In this document: one piece after another, positions 24,435-32,720 of the stretch
Layout of the letters: the number at the start of each line of letters is the position of its first letter
Numbering within the stretch: the first letter of the stretch is position 1
Sequence record: OM386663.1
DNA: 64,000 bases
DNA from: Escherichia phage vB_EcoM_ESCO49
Direction: 5' to 3' (one strand)
Program-made: the position numbers and the translations under genes
Notes under the pieces: model-generated
The model's database searches: none
What the model saw: the letters and a program-made list of their open reading frames with translations, nothing else
Told to the model about the DNA's origin: nothing

Positions 24435-25220
24435 TTAGTTCTTTGCGTCTAAGAAGGTTACTTCCGGTGAAGAGAAGACCGTCTCAATATCCTCATCAGT
24501 TCTTGCATAGATGTATGTATCTGCATCACTGCCAAATGTTACAGCTATCCTGTGATTGCTCTTCGACAGGTGGGTAACTAGAGCGTTACTTAGAGACATC
24601 TTTTCAACCGGAGGGTTACTTTGATGTATCTTACCTTTTCTTCGTCTGAAGAGGGTAACTGTATTGTCCGTGAACACAACTACACCTGCAAAGTATTCTG
24701 GTTCACAGTAGTTTTTCCAACCTGAGTGTAACTCGTTGTACATCTCTGTCTCGTAGACATACAGATAAACATCTACGCTCTTCATAACCTGATTGATGAT
24801 AACTGTGACAGCTTGAGGGTCCAGCCCACCGATACCTGCACCAATCATAGGTAGGCCAACCTTCTTCAACTGGTTAACTTCACAGTATCTGTTAAGTTGC
24901 TTCAAAGATGACTCTAAAGCACTGTATCGGGCGTCTTTACCAGTCTTAAGCTGAGTGTAAAGGTTAGCTATACGACCTTGTTTTAAACGTGCTACAGAGA
25001 AGTTACCCAGTAAATTTTCACAGGGTTTGTGGCCTATACCACCTGCATAGATGTAAACTTCTGTATCGGTCTCATATGCTTTTGGGTAAAGTTTAGAAAT
25101 CTTGTCAGCGATACCTGCACCCATTAAATTCATACAGTTGCAACCGTGACCAATGATGTCAAACTTACCTTTATCAAAGGCGTCAAAGATATCACCATTG
25201 ATGATTTTTACAATACCCAT
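24435..25220 (-). CDS. macro-domain protein (TARG1/DarG type, ADP-ribose binding or hydrolysing)
   Basis: 261 aa; N-terminal IINGDIFDAFDKGKFDIIGHGCNCMNLMGAGIADKISKLYP matches the NC..MGxGIA...YP pattern of TARG1/DarG-type macro domains (pattern recall, no alignment run). Confidence 0.5.
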   Translation of the reverse strand: MGIVKIINGDIFDAFDKGKFDIIGHGCNCMNLMGAGIADKISKLYPKAYETDTEVYIYAGGIGHKPCENLLGNFSVARLKQGRIANLYTQLKTGKDARYSALESSLKQLNRYCEVNQLKKVGLPMIGAGIGGLDPQAVTVIINQVMKSVDVYLYVYETEMYNELHSGWKNYCEPEYFAGVVVFTDNTVTLFRRRKGKIHQSNPPVEKMSLSNALVTHLSKSNHRIAVTFGSDADTYIYARTDEDIETVFSSPEVTFLDAKN

Positions 25221-25421
25221 TTAACATCTCTCCCAAGATTCTTTATCTTCTGAAGGCTTTACACGTTGCCCTTCGTGGTCTACCCAGATGCACCCACAGC
25301 CTTCACAGATTACTGGCATTGCATAACCAGCTTTAAAGTCATCTTCAGTGATAAGACCTTTTAAGTCACCTGTATCACGTCCAAACATTTCGATAGAACA
25401 GTCTTTGCAGAAGTCAGCCAT
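25221..25421 (-). CDS. small Cys-rich (zinc-binding-like) protein
   Basis: 66 aa with CxxC ... CEGCGC cysteine pairs. Confidence 0.4.
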   Translation of the reverse strand: MADFCKDCSIEMFGRDTGDLKGLITEDDFKAGYAMPVICEGCGCIWVDHEGQRVKPSEDKESWERC

Positions 25422-25433
25422 ACAATATACACC

Positions 25434-25661
25434 TTATAGTTCGGTTTCTCGTAATTCTTTACCTTCATCATAGAAGCATTTATAGAATGTGTCTATAGAG
25501 ATTCTGGCAAAGGTGAGGTCTTCAAAGTATTCCTCTGGAGTTGTCCCTGTAAAACTAAAACTGTCGAGGCTGTAAAATGGTATCACTGTGTCGTGACTCA
25601 CGAAAACACATGCTGACGTGACTTCTCCAGTATCTTTGTCAATTACCTCTAGAGCTTTCAT
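25434..25661 (-). CDS. hypothetical protein
   Basis: 75-aa ORF co-oriented in a tight operon. Confidence 0.4.
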   Translation of the reverse strand: MKALEVIDKDTGEVTSACVFVSHDTVIPFYSLDSFSFTGTTPEEYFEDLTFARISIDTFYKCFYDEGKELRETEL

Positions 25662-25962
25662 AGCTTACCTTTTCGGTTAGTTCATATAAATCAACATGCT
25701 CAATACTGTCAATGTTGATATCAATCTTTTTGAAACGTTCTATCACTTCGTTGGCAGTCATCCATATCAGACACCAATGATTCTTGATGGATTCTTCAAG
25801 AAGGTCAACACAATCTTTAAAGGTTTTTGTATCACTCCTTGTTCCAACTACTGCAATTGTCCCATATAGCCACTTACCATTGTCATAAGTTACTTGTGCT
25901 ACACCAACCTCTTTACCTTTCTCGTAGTAAACAGCTACAAAGTCTCTTCCATTAATCTGCAT
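25639..25962 (-). CDS. hypothetical protein
   Basis: 107-aa ORF. Confidence 0.4.
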   Translation of the reverse strand: MQINGRDFVAVYYEKGKEVGVAQVTYDNGKWLYGTIAVVGTRSDTKTFKDCVDLLEESIKNHWCLIWMTANEVIERFKKIDINIDSIEHVDLYELTEKVSYESSRGN

Positions 25963-25964
25963 AG

Positions 25965-26234
25965 TTACTTCCTCGTTTTAAGAACTGCTAAGATTTCTTT
26001 AGAGTCTGGTAAGAACCATGTGTAGTGATTTTCTTTGATTTCTGGATGAGTGTCAACCTTTATTTTGCACTCTTTACCAACATGCTTAAGCTGTGCTGTG
26101 ACACCTTGCATAAAGATATGGCACATCACATTATCCATAATGGTTGGTGAGAAATCAATTCGCATATAAGTTTCTTTTGGTCGTGGTAACAGTAAGTAAC
26201 CCTCTACATAGAAAGTATCTTGGTTCTCTGTCAT
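25965..26234 (-). CDS. hypothetical protein
   Basis: 89-aa ORF. Confidence 0.4.
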   Translation of the reverse strand: MTENQDTFYVEGYLLLPRPKETYMRIDFSPTIMDNVMCHIFMQGVTAQLKHVGKECKIKVDTHPEIKENHYTWFLPDSKEILAVLKTRK

Positions 26235-26500
26235 TGCTGCTTATTCCCTAGTAAAATCATGTCAATAAGGTTGTTAGCTTTGATTGTGCACTGGTAAAAG
26301 CCGTCACGATAGAACTCAAGTGCTGCTGCTACATCACTGCCTGTGTTGCCTTTGATGATATACCGTGACTCTTCTTGAGTGTACTTATCACTCTCACTTA
26401 CTTGGGAGTTTTTGAATGTACTGCTCACTTTGTTCGTTGAACACCCTGACATAATTATCAGTAACACAAACATTATAAAACTCTGGCTTAGTTTTTTCAT
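26231..26500 (-). CDS. outer-membrane lipoprotein, o-spanin-like (Rz1-like)
   Basis: 89 aa; signal peptide with lipobox LIIMSGC; overlaps the 3' part of the upstream i-spanin-like gene in another frame. Confidence 0.55.
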   Translation of the reverse strand: MKKLSQSFIMFVLLIIMSGCSTNKVSSTFKNSQVSESDKYTQEESRYIIKGNTGSDVAAALEFYRDGFYQCTIKANNLIDMILLGNKQQ

Positions 26501-26741
26501 ATGTTAGTACCTCTTTTGTATGCTTATTCTTAGCAAGCACATCTTTCAAATCATTTTTGTAATTGGTGCTCAGTGTGGCTAACCCTTCCTGATAAGCATC
26601 TTTAGCAACACTTATGAGCTTCTGATTGTTTAGCTCAGCTTCAGCAACTTGATAGTCTCTGTAAGAGTATCCTCCCCAGACACCTGCCCCAACTAAGAAA
26701 ACAATTATGAAAGTGGCTTGACAGAACTCTTTAAATGTCAT
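26394..26741 (-). CDS. i-spanin-like protein (Rz-like)
   Basis: 115 aa; N-terminal transmembrane helix FIIVFLVGAGVWGGY followed by a coiled-coil-like region; overlaps the lipoprotein gene. Confidence 0.5.
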   Translation of the reverse strand: MTFKEFCQATFIIVFLVGAGVWGGYSYRDYQVAEAELNNQKLISVAKDAYQEGLATLSTNYKNDLKDVLAKNKHTKEVLTYEKTKPEFYNVCVTDNYVRVFNEQSEQYIQKLPSK

Positions 26742-26759
26742 TTAACAATCTCCTGAAAT

Positions 26760-26785
26760 GAAAAAGGCTCCCGAAGGAGCCTGTA
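26760..26785 (-). terminator. rho-independent terminator
   Basis: Hairpin AGGCTCC-CGAA-GGAGCCT; on the minus strand it is followed by a U-run (plus AAAAA 26760-26764). Confidence 0.5.
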
Positions 26786-26793
26786 TCTTAACC

Positions 26794-27258
26794 TTAACCG
26801 AGGACTTTAGCAAGGATATTCGCAGCCATCGAAGAGGCTTTTGCAGCAGCAACTACGCCAGCTTTGATAGCACTATCCTTGATAGCAGATACCGTTGCAG
26901 CATCAGTAAAGAGATAAGTAGTTGTTTTAGAACCACTTGTAAAGGAAAGCATAAGAGCAGTTTCCAGATTGAAAGAGCGATACGGAGCACCTTCTTTAAC
27001 GATACCTTCAGCACCTAACTCTGAAGCCATACCCATATCATAGATAGTCATCAGGTTTTCTTTGTGTGCAGTCGTTGAACCAGCACCTTTGACGTGTTTC
27101 TTAACATTCAGAAGAGCACGATACTCCCGGATGTTACCGTCTGCTTTTACATTGACAGCACGGAAGATTTTACCTTCAAAGTTGCTCTTGATAATGTTAC
27201 GAACTACTTCAGATTTGTTTGCTGTAACGTCCAGTGCTACCGTAATGATACTGTTCAT
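26794..27258 (-). CDS. hypothetical protein
   Basis: 154-aa ORF, Ala-rich C-terminus. Confidence 0.45.
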   Translation of the reverse strand: MNSIITVALDVTANKSEVVRNIIKSNFEGKIFRAVNVKADGNIREYRALLNVKKHVKGAGSTTAHKENLMTIYDMGMASELGAEGIVKEGAPYRSFNLETALMLSFTSGSKTTTYLFTDAATVSAIKDSAIKAGVVAAAKASSMAANILAKVLG

Positions 27259-27267
27259 AAGTTTCTC

Positions 27268-27963
27268 TCAATGTTTAACTAACATGGTTTTAATGTGTGG
27301 AAGGATTCTGTTTACCTTCTGCACATTCTTCTCTGTATCTTCTATAAAACATACTATATTAAAGTAAGGCAGAATGCAAGACTGAATCATCCTCACTTTC
27401 AAACTTTCTGCACTTATAGAGTTAGCCCCAAAACCACGCATAAAAAGCATGTAGTCATGCTCTATGTAATGCCTTAAAAACATCTCAGTAGGTATTCTCT
27501 GAGATTCACCCCTCGCTGTCAAGAGTCCAATGGCAGCATGGTTGGCAATTGCATCAATAATATTGAAAACATACGTTGGTTTTGCACTTACAGAGTCAAG
27601 CAAATTAGTGTACTGTGAAAATGAACCATCAATCAGTTCCGTTGAGCAATCTTCGTGATTAAAATTTGTAAGGACACCATCAATATCTGCTAAGATGAGG
27701 TTACCTTTTTCTACAAGGTCTTTATTGACTATGACTAAACTGTCACGTCTTACACCTATAGATTGCCCCGTCTCTTTATCCACAACGTTCACAATCGGTT
27801 CTGAAGTGTGGAACTCTTCAAGTGAACATACAACTTCTCTTGCAGTGTCTTCAAAATCCCTACACTGTTCTGGAGTCCATACACCGGAATCAAGACCTAA
27901 CTCATGAGGGTGTAAGTCATAAGCATGACACAGTACTTCATCAGACTTTCTTAATTTTTTCAT
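27268..27963 (-). CDS. HAD-superfamily phosphatase (possible 5'-deoxynucleotidase)
   Basis: 231 aa; HAD motif I ILADIDGVLTNF (DxDG). Confidence 0.5.
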   Translation of the reverse strand: MKKLRKSDEVLCHAYDLHPHELGLDSGVWTPEQCRDFEDTAREVVCSLEEFHTSEPIVNVVDKETGQSIGVRRDSLVIVNKDLVEKGNLILADIDGVLTNFNHEDCSTELIDGSFSQYTNLLDSVSAKPTYVFNIIDAIANHAAIGLLTARGESQRIPTEMFLRHYIEHDYMLFMRGFGANSISAESLKVRMIQSCILPYFNIVCFIEDTEKNVQKVNRILPHIKTMLVKH

Positions 27964-28489
27964 GGTTTACCTTAGAAATGTTTGTTGCAAATTCACATTG
28001 AGCAATAACTTTCATGTTGTTATAGACATCTTGAGAATATTTCTTAGCTTTAGGGATTCTGTACGAATACCCAGCATTATATGATGCTAAAACTTTTTGT
28101 AAAGTCTTCTTTGACTTTGGCTGACCATGCACCTTTGTCCAAAACTCAAGTTCTTTGTGCGTTTCCTTTGCAGCATAGTCAAAATCTTTTAAGAGTTTCT
28201 TTTTAGCCACATTAGGACTAATTTTGTTACGCTTTACAACAGTCTTCAAGTGATTCTGGAAAATACCATAGTCGTGGGTCTTTTTATTCTCTACCTTCAG
28301 ACCTAACTCTGACTCTTGTAAGGCTATAGCTGCTAGAGTAATACCCCAGCCTTTCCCCATATTATTCTCACCATACTGGTAAGCTTTTAACATGTTTACT
28401 TTTTGGCTAATTGATAGCTCTGGGCAGTCAACTGCATAAGATAAGTGTGCTGTAAACATTAAGCACAAACCTAGAATCAATTTCTTCAT
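27941..28489 (-). CDS. secreted lytic transglycosylase-like protein
   Basis: 182 aa; N-terminal signal peptide MKKLILGLCLMFTAHLSYA; ALQESELGL...YGIFQN resembles the SLT catalytic Glu and G(L/I)(M/F)Q motif. Confidence 0.45.
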   Translation of the reverse strand: MKKLILGLCLMFTAHLSYAVDCPELSISQKVNMLKAYQYGENNMGKGWGITLAAIALQESELGLKVENKKTHDYGIFQNHLKTVVKRNKISPNVAKKKLLKDFDYAAKETHKELEFWTKVHGQPKSKKTLQKVLASYNAGYSYRIPKAKKYSQDVYNNMKVIAQCEFATNISKVNHEKIKKV

Positions 28490-28589
28490 TGGTTCTCCTG
28501 TTTAGTTTATCGTGACAACAATTATACAGCACTCTGCACAAAATACAAATAAAAAAGGCCGCCGAAGCAGCCTTTTAAGAAATTACTTA

Positions 28590-29699
28590 TTAGATTTCAC
28601 GTTTACGTTGGGAGATAAGTTCTCCAGCAGTACCAACGATGACATGTAAAGCTTCAGTCTTGCCATCCCATGCTTTCAGCACTTTACGTTGATTATCAAC
28701 GATTGCTGCAACTTCATAACGAGACGAGCGCATCTTCATATCGTTGTAATCAGTTGGTACGGATACAACGTCTCGTGGATGGACACGAACCTTCAGAATT
28801 GTGTCACCTGAGAAGCAACGAACATAATCCCAAGCACCAACATGAAGACCTTGAGAGCAAGTCACGTTACGATTATTATCAACCATCCAACGTGGCATTT
28901 CTACAATGTTACCCAAATCATTAGGTACTCTGTGGGTGTGGGAGTCAACCAGCTTGCCTTCACGAGTAGATACTTTCTTCCAACCAATGATGTAGCCTTC
29001 TTCATCAATTTCAACATCAAGGTGAGATACAAAGCCCCAAAGTTGTTCTACAGAGTCTTTAGATGGGTTTTCCATCAGTTTTTCGAAGAACATCACGAGG
29101 CGTTCAAAACCTTTATCTCCAGTCTTCATCATGTGAAGAATACGGTCAACCAGAGTAGAACGCATCTCAACAGCACCGTAGAATAGCTTGTCACCTTTGA
29201 TTGTGATAGCGCCCTGAGTGAAGTTTTCGATAGACTTACGAATATTCATCAGTTCAAATGCTTTCTTGAACTCACCTTTCACAACATGAACTACAATCTC
29301 TTGATAGTTCGGATGAGTAGACTCAACAATTTCAGATTCTGAACCATAAGTCATAATTACAGAATCACCAGTAATCATGTACTCAATATTGTCATCTTTC
29401 TGCATAGCTTCATGCAGTTTATTTACCGGAGCTTTCTGTACAGACTCTTTAACGACCTTTTCAACTTGTTTGCCAGATTTCTTTTTAAAGGTCTTAGCAA
29501 CTTGCTTCAAAGTCTTCGTAGCTGGTGTAGAAGTCGCCTTCTTTTTCCCTTTTAAGGTTGCTTCATGACGCTCTACAGCACGACCAACTGAACGGGTTGA
29601 AGTATTAAATTTCTGTGCAATAGCTGTTTTAGTCAGCTTACCTTCTTTAACCAGTTTGTAAATTTCTGCGTCAATCTGTGCTTTAGTTTTAGTAGTCAT
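28590..29699 (-). CDS. rIIB: rIIB-like protein
   Basis: 369 aa; C-terminal region matches T4 rIIB as recalled (LFY...RSGLVDRIL, CSQGLHV, KVRVHPRDVVSVPTDYNDMKMR); lies directly downstream of the rIIA-like gene. Confidence 0.75.
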   Translation of the reverse strand: MTTKTKAQIDAEIYKLVKEGKLTKTAIAQKFNTSTRSVGRAVERHEATLKGKKKATSTPATKTLKQVAKTFKKKSGKQVEKVVKESVQKAPVNKLHEAMQKDDNIEYMITGDSVIMTYGSESEIVESTHPNYQEIVVHVVKGEFKKAFELMNIRKSIENFTQGAITIKGDKLFYGAVEMRSTLVDRILHMMKTGDKGFERLVMFFEKLMENPSKDSVEQLWGFVSHLDVEIDEEGYIIGWKKVSTREGKLVDSHTHRVPNDLGNIVEMPRWMVDNNRNVTCSQGLHVGAWDYVRCFSGDTILKVRVHPRDVVSVPTDYNDMKMRSSRYEVAAIVDNQRKVLKAWDGKTEALHVIVGTAGELISQRKREI

Positions 29700-29778
29700 C
29701 TTATTACTCTCTCTTGTTAGTTAATCAATCAATTTGTGAGGCTATTCTAAGGGGCTTTGAAGCCCCTTGTCAAACACT

Positions 29779-32145
29779 TTAATCGTAAATTGTTGTACCT
29801 TCTGGAACACATTTCACATTAAAGCCTAAAAACTTACTCACTTCGATAGGTGATACCTTATTCCAATCTAAGTGTGAAAGCAAGAAGTTTTCTTGTTTTC
29901 TTTTTGAAAGATAGTTTGTCAGCTTGATAACCATGCGGTCACCTGCTTTCTTAATCTTTTTGTACAGTTTTGTGTCATTATCAAGGCATGACTTCAAATC
30001 CTGAAGAACACTGATAGTGTAAGTGTATGCAAACGGTGCAGCCACATACTGAATCTTACCAAACATTGCCTCAACAGCATCTTCATTCCCTTCTAAGAAG
30101 ATTGTCTTAATAGTATCCCTTGAATAACAATACCCGCGAGAAATCTTCCTGTTATTGAACGTAAAGTTTCTGGCAATAATCCTACTGCTTGTAAGGTCGA
30201 GGACACCATCCATGTAGATGCGTGTCATATACCTGTTATGGTTAATCCAATGAACATCAGTTAAGCTGTCGTTCAAGAGCTTCTCATCTACTTCAATCCA
30301 GTCTTCTGGTATCTTTTTCCAATTTGCTTTTCGGAAAACATAGACTGTCTTACCTGTAACATTAGCAACTGACTTAGCTACATCCTCTGGAGATGAGCAA
30401 AAACATCTACCATCAACTGTGTCACCTACTGCCTTAATATAAAGCTGAGGCTCTTCAATTGTGTCTAAGTCTTCTGACACCTCTTTGTATGAAGCTTTAG
30501 TTTCTGCTGGAACAGCTTTCCAGAGTTTTACAACACCTCTTACAGCTTCTTTACGCTGATAGTGATGTTCCTTATCAGACATCTTCACAATCTTTAACAA
30601 GCTTTTATCAAGTTTGTGCAGATTGATTAAGTCATCTAGCTCTTTCTCTGTAGAGAATACAAAGACAATACCATTGTATCTGTGAAACAGATTTGACTCA
30701 CTGGCGTAGTCTCGACATGCACCACGCAAAATTTGATTGCGTCCTACAGTCTTCTCAGTACCGTTTTTATTGCGACGGTCATTAATCACGAACAAAAACT
30801 GTTCAATTTGGCTTTTACGCATTGCACCAAAGATATTGAACATGCTTGCCTCTTGAGTGTAGGAAAGTGCTGTTACACGAATCTTACTCTCTAAAGAGTT
30901 GAACTTGACATAAGCAACTGGGTCATAAAGATAATCTACTTTAGGGATATTGTTCCCGTTCCTATCAACCTTAATATTGCCTTTACCGTCACGTTCATAA
31001 ATGACTGAGCCGTCTTCTGCGTAGATAATTCCACGACGAATGTTTAACAATTCTTCTTCCAGAGAATCAAGCTTAACGCCTCCCCACTCTAGCTTTGGAC
31101 ACACAGCATTAAACATCTCTCGTGAGTTCAAACGTAACTCTGCATAAGCCTGTGCAGCATCCATGAGTGTAGGTTGGCTATTAACTTTCTTGATAACATC
31201 CTTTGTAATTGCTTCAGTTATCTTTTTGGTAGCCTCGATGATAACATTTTTTGTCGTATCATTCATCTGCAATGCTTCACGAGAAGCTGCTATAGCAACT
31301 GAACCAATAGGCATGTAGATGTTTACAAGGTCTACGCTCCTACGGAAAAACTCTGGCAAGACTTTGAAGAAATCATCACCAAGTAATGCTTCCATGTTCA
31401 CTGGATAGGCAATATTACCCATCACCACATTAAACTCTATCCTATTACCACTAGAACGCCAGCTTTGCTTATGAATCATGGCATCATAAACACCTTCTTC
31501 ACGGGCAATGACGTTCATATCTGCTAATACATCGTCGTACTCAATATTACTTTCTGGTTTTACAGCAAAGTATGAGTACACATTTCCAGCTTCTTCAAAG
31601 AACTTTGAGATACGGTGGTCAGCAACTGCCACACGTACAGCTAAACCATTAGGTTCTTTTGTTGGGTTAGTGGTCAGCTTAGTTACTTGAGGGATACCAT
31701 TCTCAAGATAAACAGAGTACTTATTAACAACACCATCAACATAGCTAGATACTGTGAATGACTGAGCAATTGCAAATGGGGATTTTGAGCCGATACCCAT
31801 TGCACCAATGTAGTCATTAGAGTCATTCTTCGTAGAAGCCCCGTAGTTTAGGTACAAACTCATAACTTTATCATGAGTCAATCCAGTTCCAAAATCACGA
31901 ACTTCAAAGTAAGGCTCAAAACGAGTAGGTAAATGCACATGGAACGGGATATTCTCTTTTCCAGCTTCTTTCTGAGCATCTACTGCATTGCATGACAGTT
32001 CACGAATCACTGCCCTTTCTTTAAATGTGTATACACCAGAACTCAGAAGGCTGAACATTTCAGGTGTCATTGTAATCTGTGCTTGAGATGTCTCCAAAGA
32101 AGTTGAACTCTTAATCACTTCTGCGTGGTCATTTACCATGCGCAT
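29779..32145 (-). CDS. rIIA: rIIA-like protein (GHKL/Bergerat-fold ATPase N-terminus)
   Basis: 788 aa; N-box ERAVIRELSCNAVDA, G1 box RDFGTGL and G2 NDYIGAMGIGSKSPF, as in T4 rIIA. Confidence 0.75.
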   Translation of the reverse strand: MRMVNDHAEVIKSSTSLETSQAQITMTPEMFSLLSSGVYTFKERAVIRELSCNAVDAQKEAGKENIPFHVHLPTRFEPYFEVRDFGTGLTHDKVMSLYLNYGASTKNDSNDYIGAMGIGSKSPFAIAQSFTVSSYVDGVVNKYSVYLENGIPQVTKLTTNPTKEPNGLAVRVAVADHRISKFFEEAGNVYSYFAVKPESNIEYDDVLADMNVIAREEGVYDAMIHKQSWRSSGNRIEFNVVMGNIAYPVNMEALLGDDFFKVLPEFFRRSVDLVNIYMPIGSVAIAASREALQMNDTTKNVIIEATKKITEAITKDVIKKVNSQPTLMDAAQAYAELRLNSREMFNAVCPKLEWGGVKLDSLEEELLNIRRGIIYAEDGSVIYERDGKGNIKVDRNGNNIPKVDYLYDPVAYVKFNSLESKIRVTALSYTQEASMFNIFGAMRKSQIEQFLFVINDRRNKNGTEKTVGRNQILRGACRDYASESNLFHRYNGIVFVFSTEKELDDLINLHKLDKSLLKIVKMSDKEHHYQRKEAVRGVVKLWKAVPAETKASYKEVSEDLDTIEEPQLYIKAVGDTVDGRCFCSSPEDVAKSVANVTGKTVYVFRKANWKKIPEDWIEVDEKLLNDSLTDVHWINHNRYMTRIYMDGVLDLTSSRIIARNFTFNNRKISRGYCYSRDTIKTIFLEGNEDAVEAMFGKIQYVAAPFAYTYTISVLQDLKSCLDNDTKLYKKIKKAGDRMVIKLTNYLSKRKQENFLLSHLDWNKVSPIEVSKFLGFNVKCVPEGTTIYD

Positions 32146-32331
32146 AATACTTTCCTCTTAGTTTACTGTTAAATTACTTATTAAACATTCTACCAGAACC
32201 ACCACACATAGGGCAACAACCTGCTCTTGTATAACCTTCTCCATTACAGTAGTAACATCTCTTGTGCTCTGCATAGTACTTGCAAAGAAGGTAAACAAAA
32301 ACTGCTACACTACCAAGTGACAGTAAAATTT

Positions 32332-32667
32332 CTATCCAATATGCTTGCATGACTCACCTCTCATATTTTTGTAAAGGATAAAGCTTCTGTCATGGACGAT
32401 ACTTGTAGATACTGCAAAGTTACTTTCAAGCATCTGTTTGTTTGGATTGTAGAAGCTTTCTTTAAACTCGTCAAGCGCAAATTGGTGATGTTGTGGAAGA
32501 CCTTTTACACAGATTTTTATTGTGATTGCTGCTGCAATCTTGCCAGTCAGTTCTTCTTTAGCTGCTACTAAAATTTTGTTAAGAAACTTTTCACCATCTT
32601 CAGGTTTTTTAATGTTTTCCCAACGTTCTTCTAGGACAATGTTAATGTTCAACTCTTTGATTTTCAT
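32332..32667 (-). CDS. hypothetical protein
   Basis: 111-aa ORF. Confidence 0.45.
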   Translation of the reverse strand: MKIKELNINIVLEERWENIKKPEDGEKFLNKILVAAKEELTGKIAAAITIKICVKGLPQHHQFALDEFKESFYNPNKQMLESNFAVSTSIVHDRSFILYKNMRGESCKHIG

Positions 32668-32683
32668 AGTCTTCTCCAGAAAT

Positions 32684-32710
32684 TAAAAAGGCTCCCGTAG
32701 GAGCCTCTTA
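32684..32710 (-). terminator. rho-independent terminator downstream of the NAMPT-like gene
   Basis: Hairpin AGGCTCC-CGTA-GGAGCCT; U-run follows on the minus strand (plus AAAAA 32684-32688). Confidence 0.5.
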
Positions 32711-32720
32711 TCATATACTT

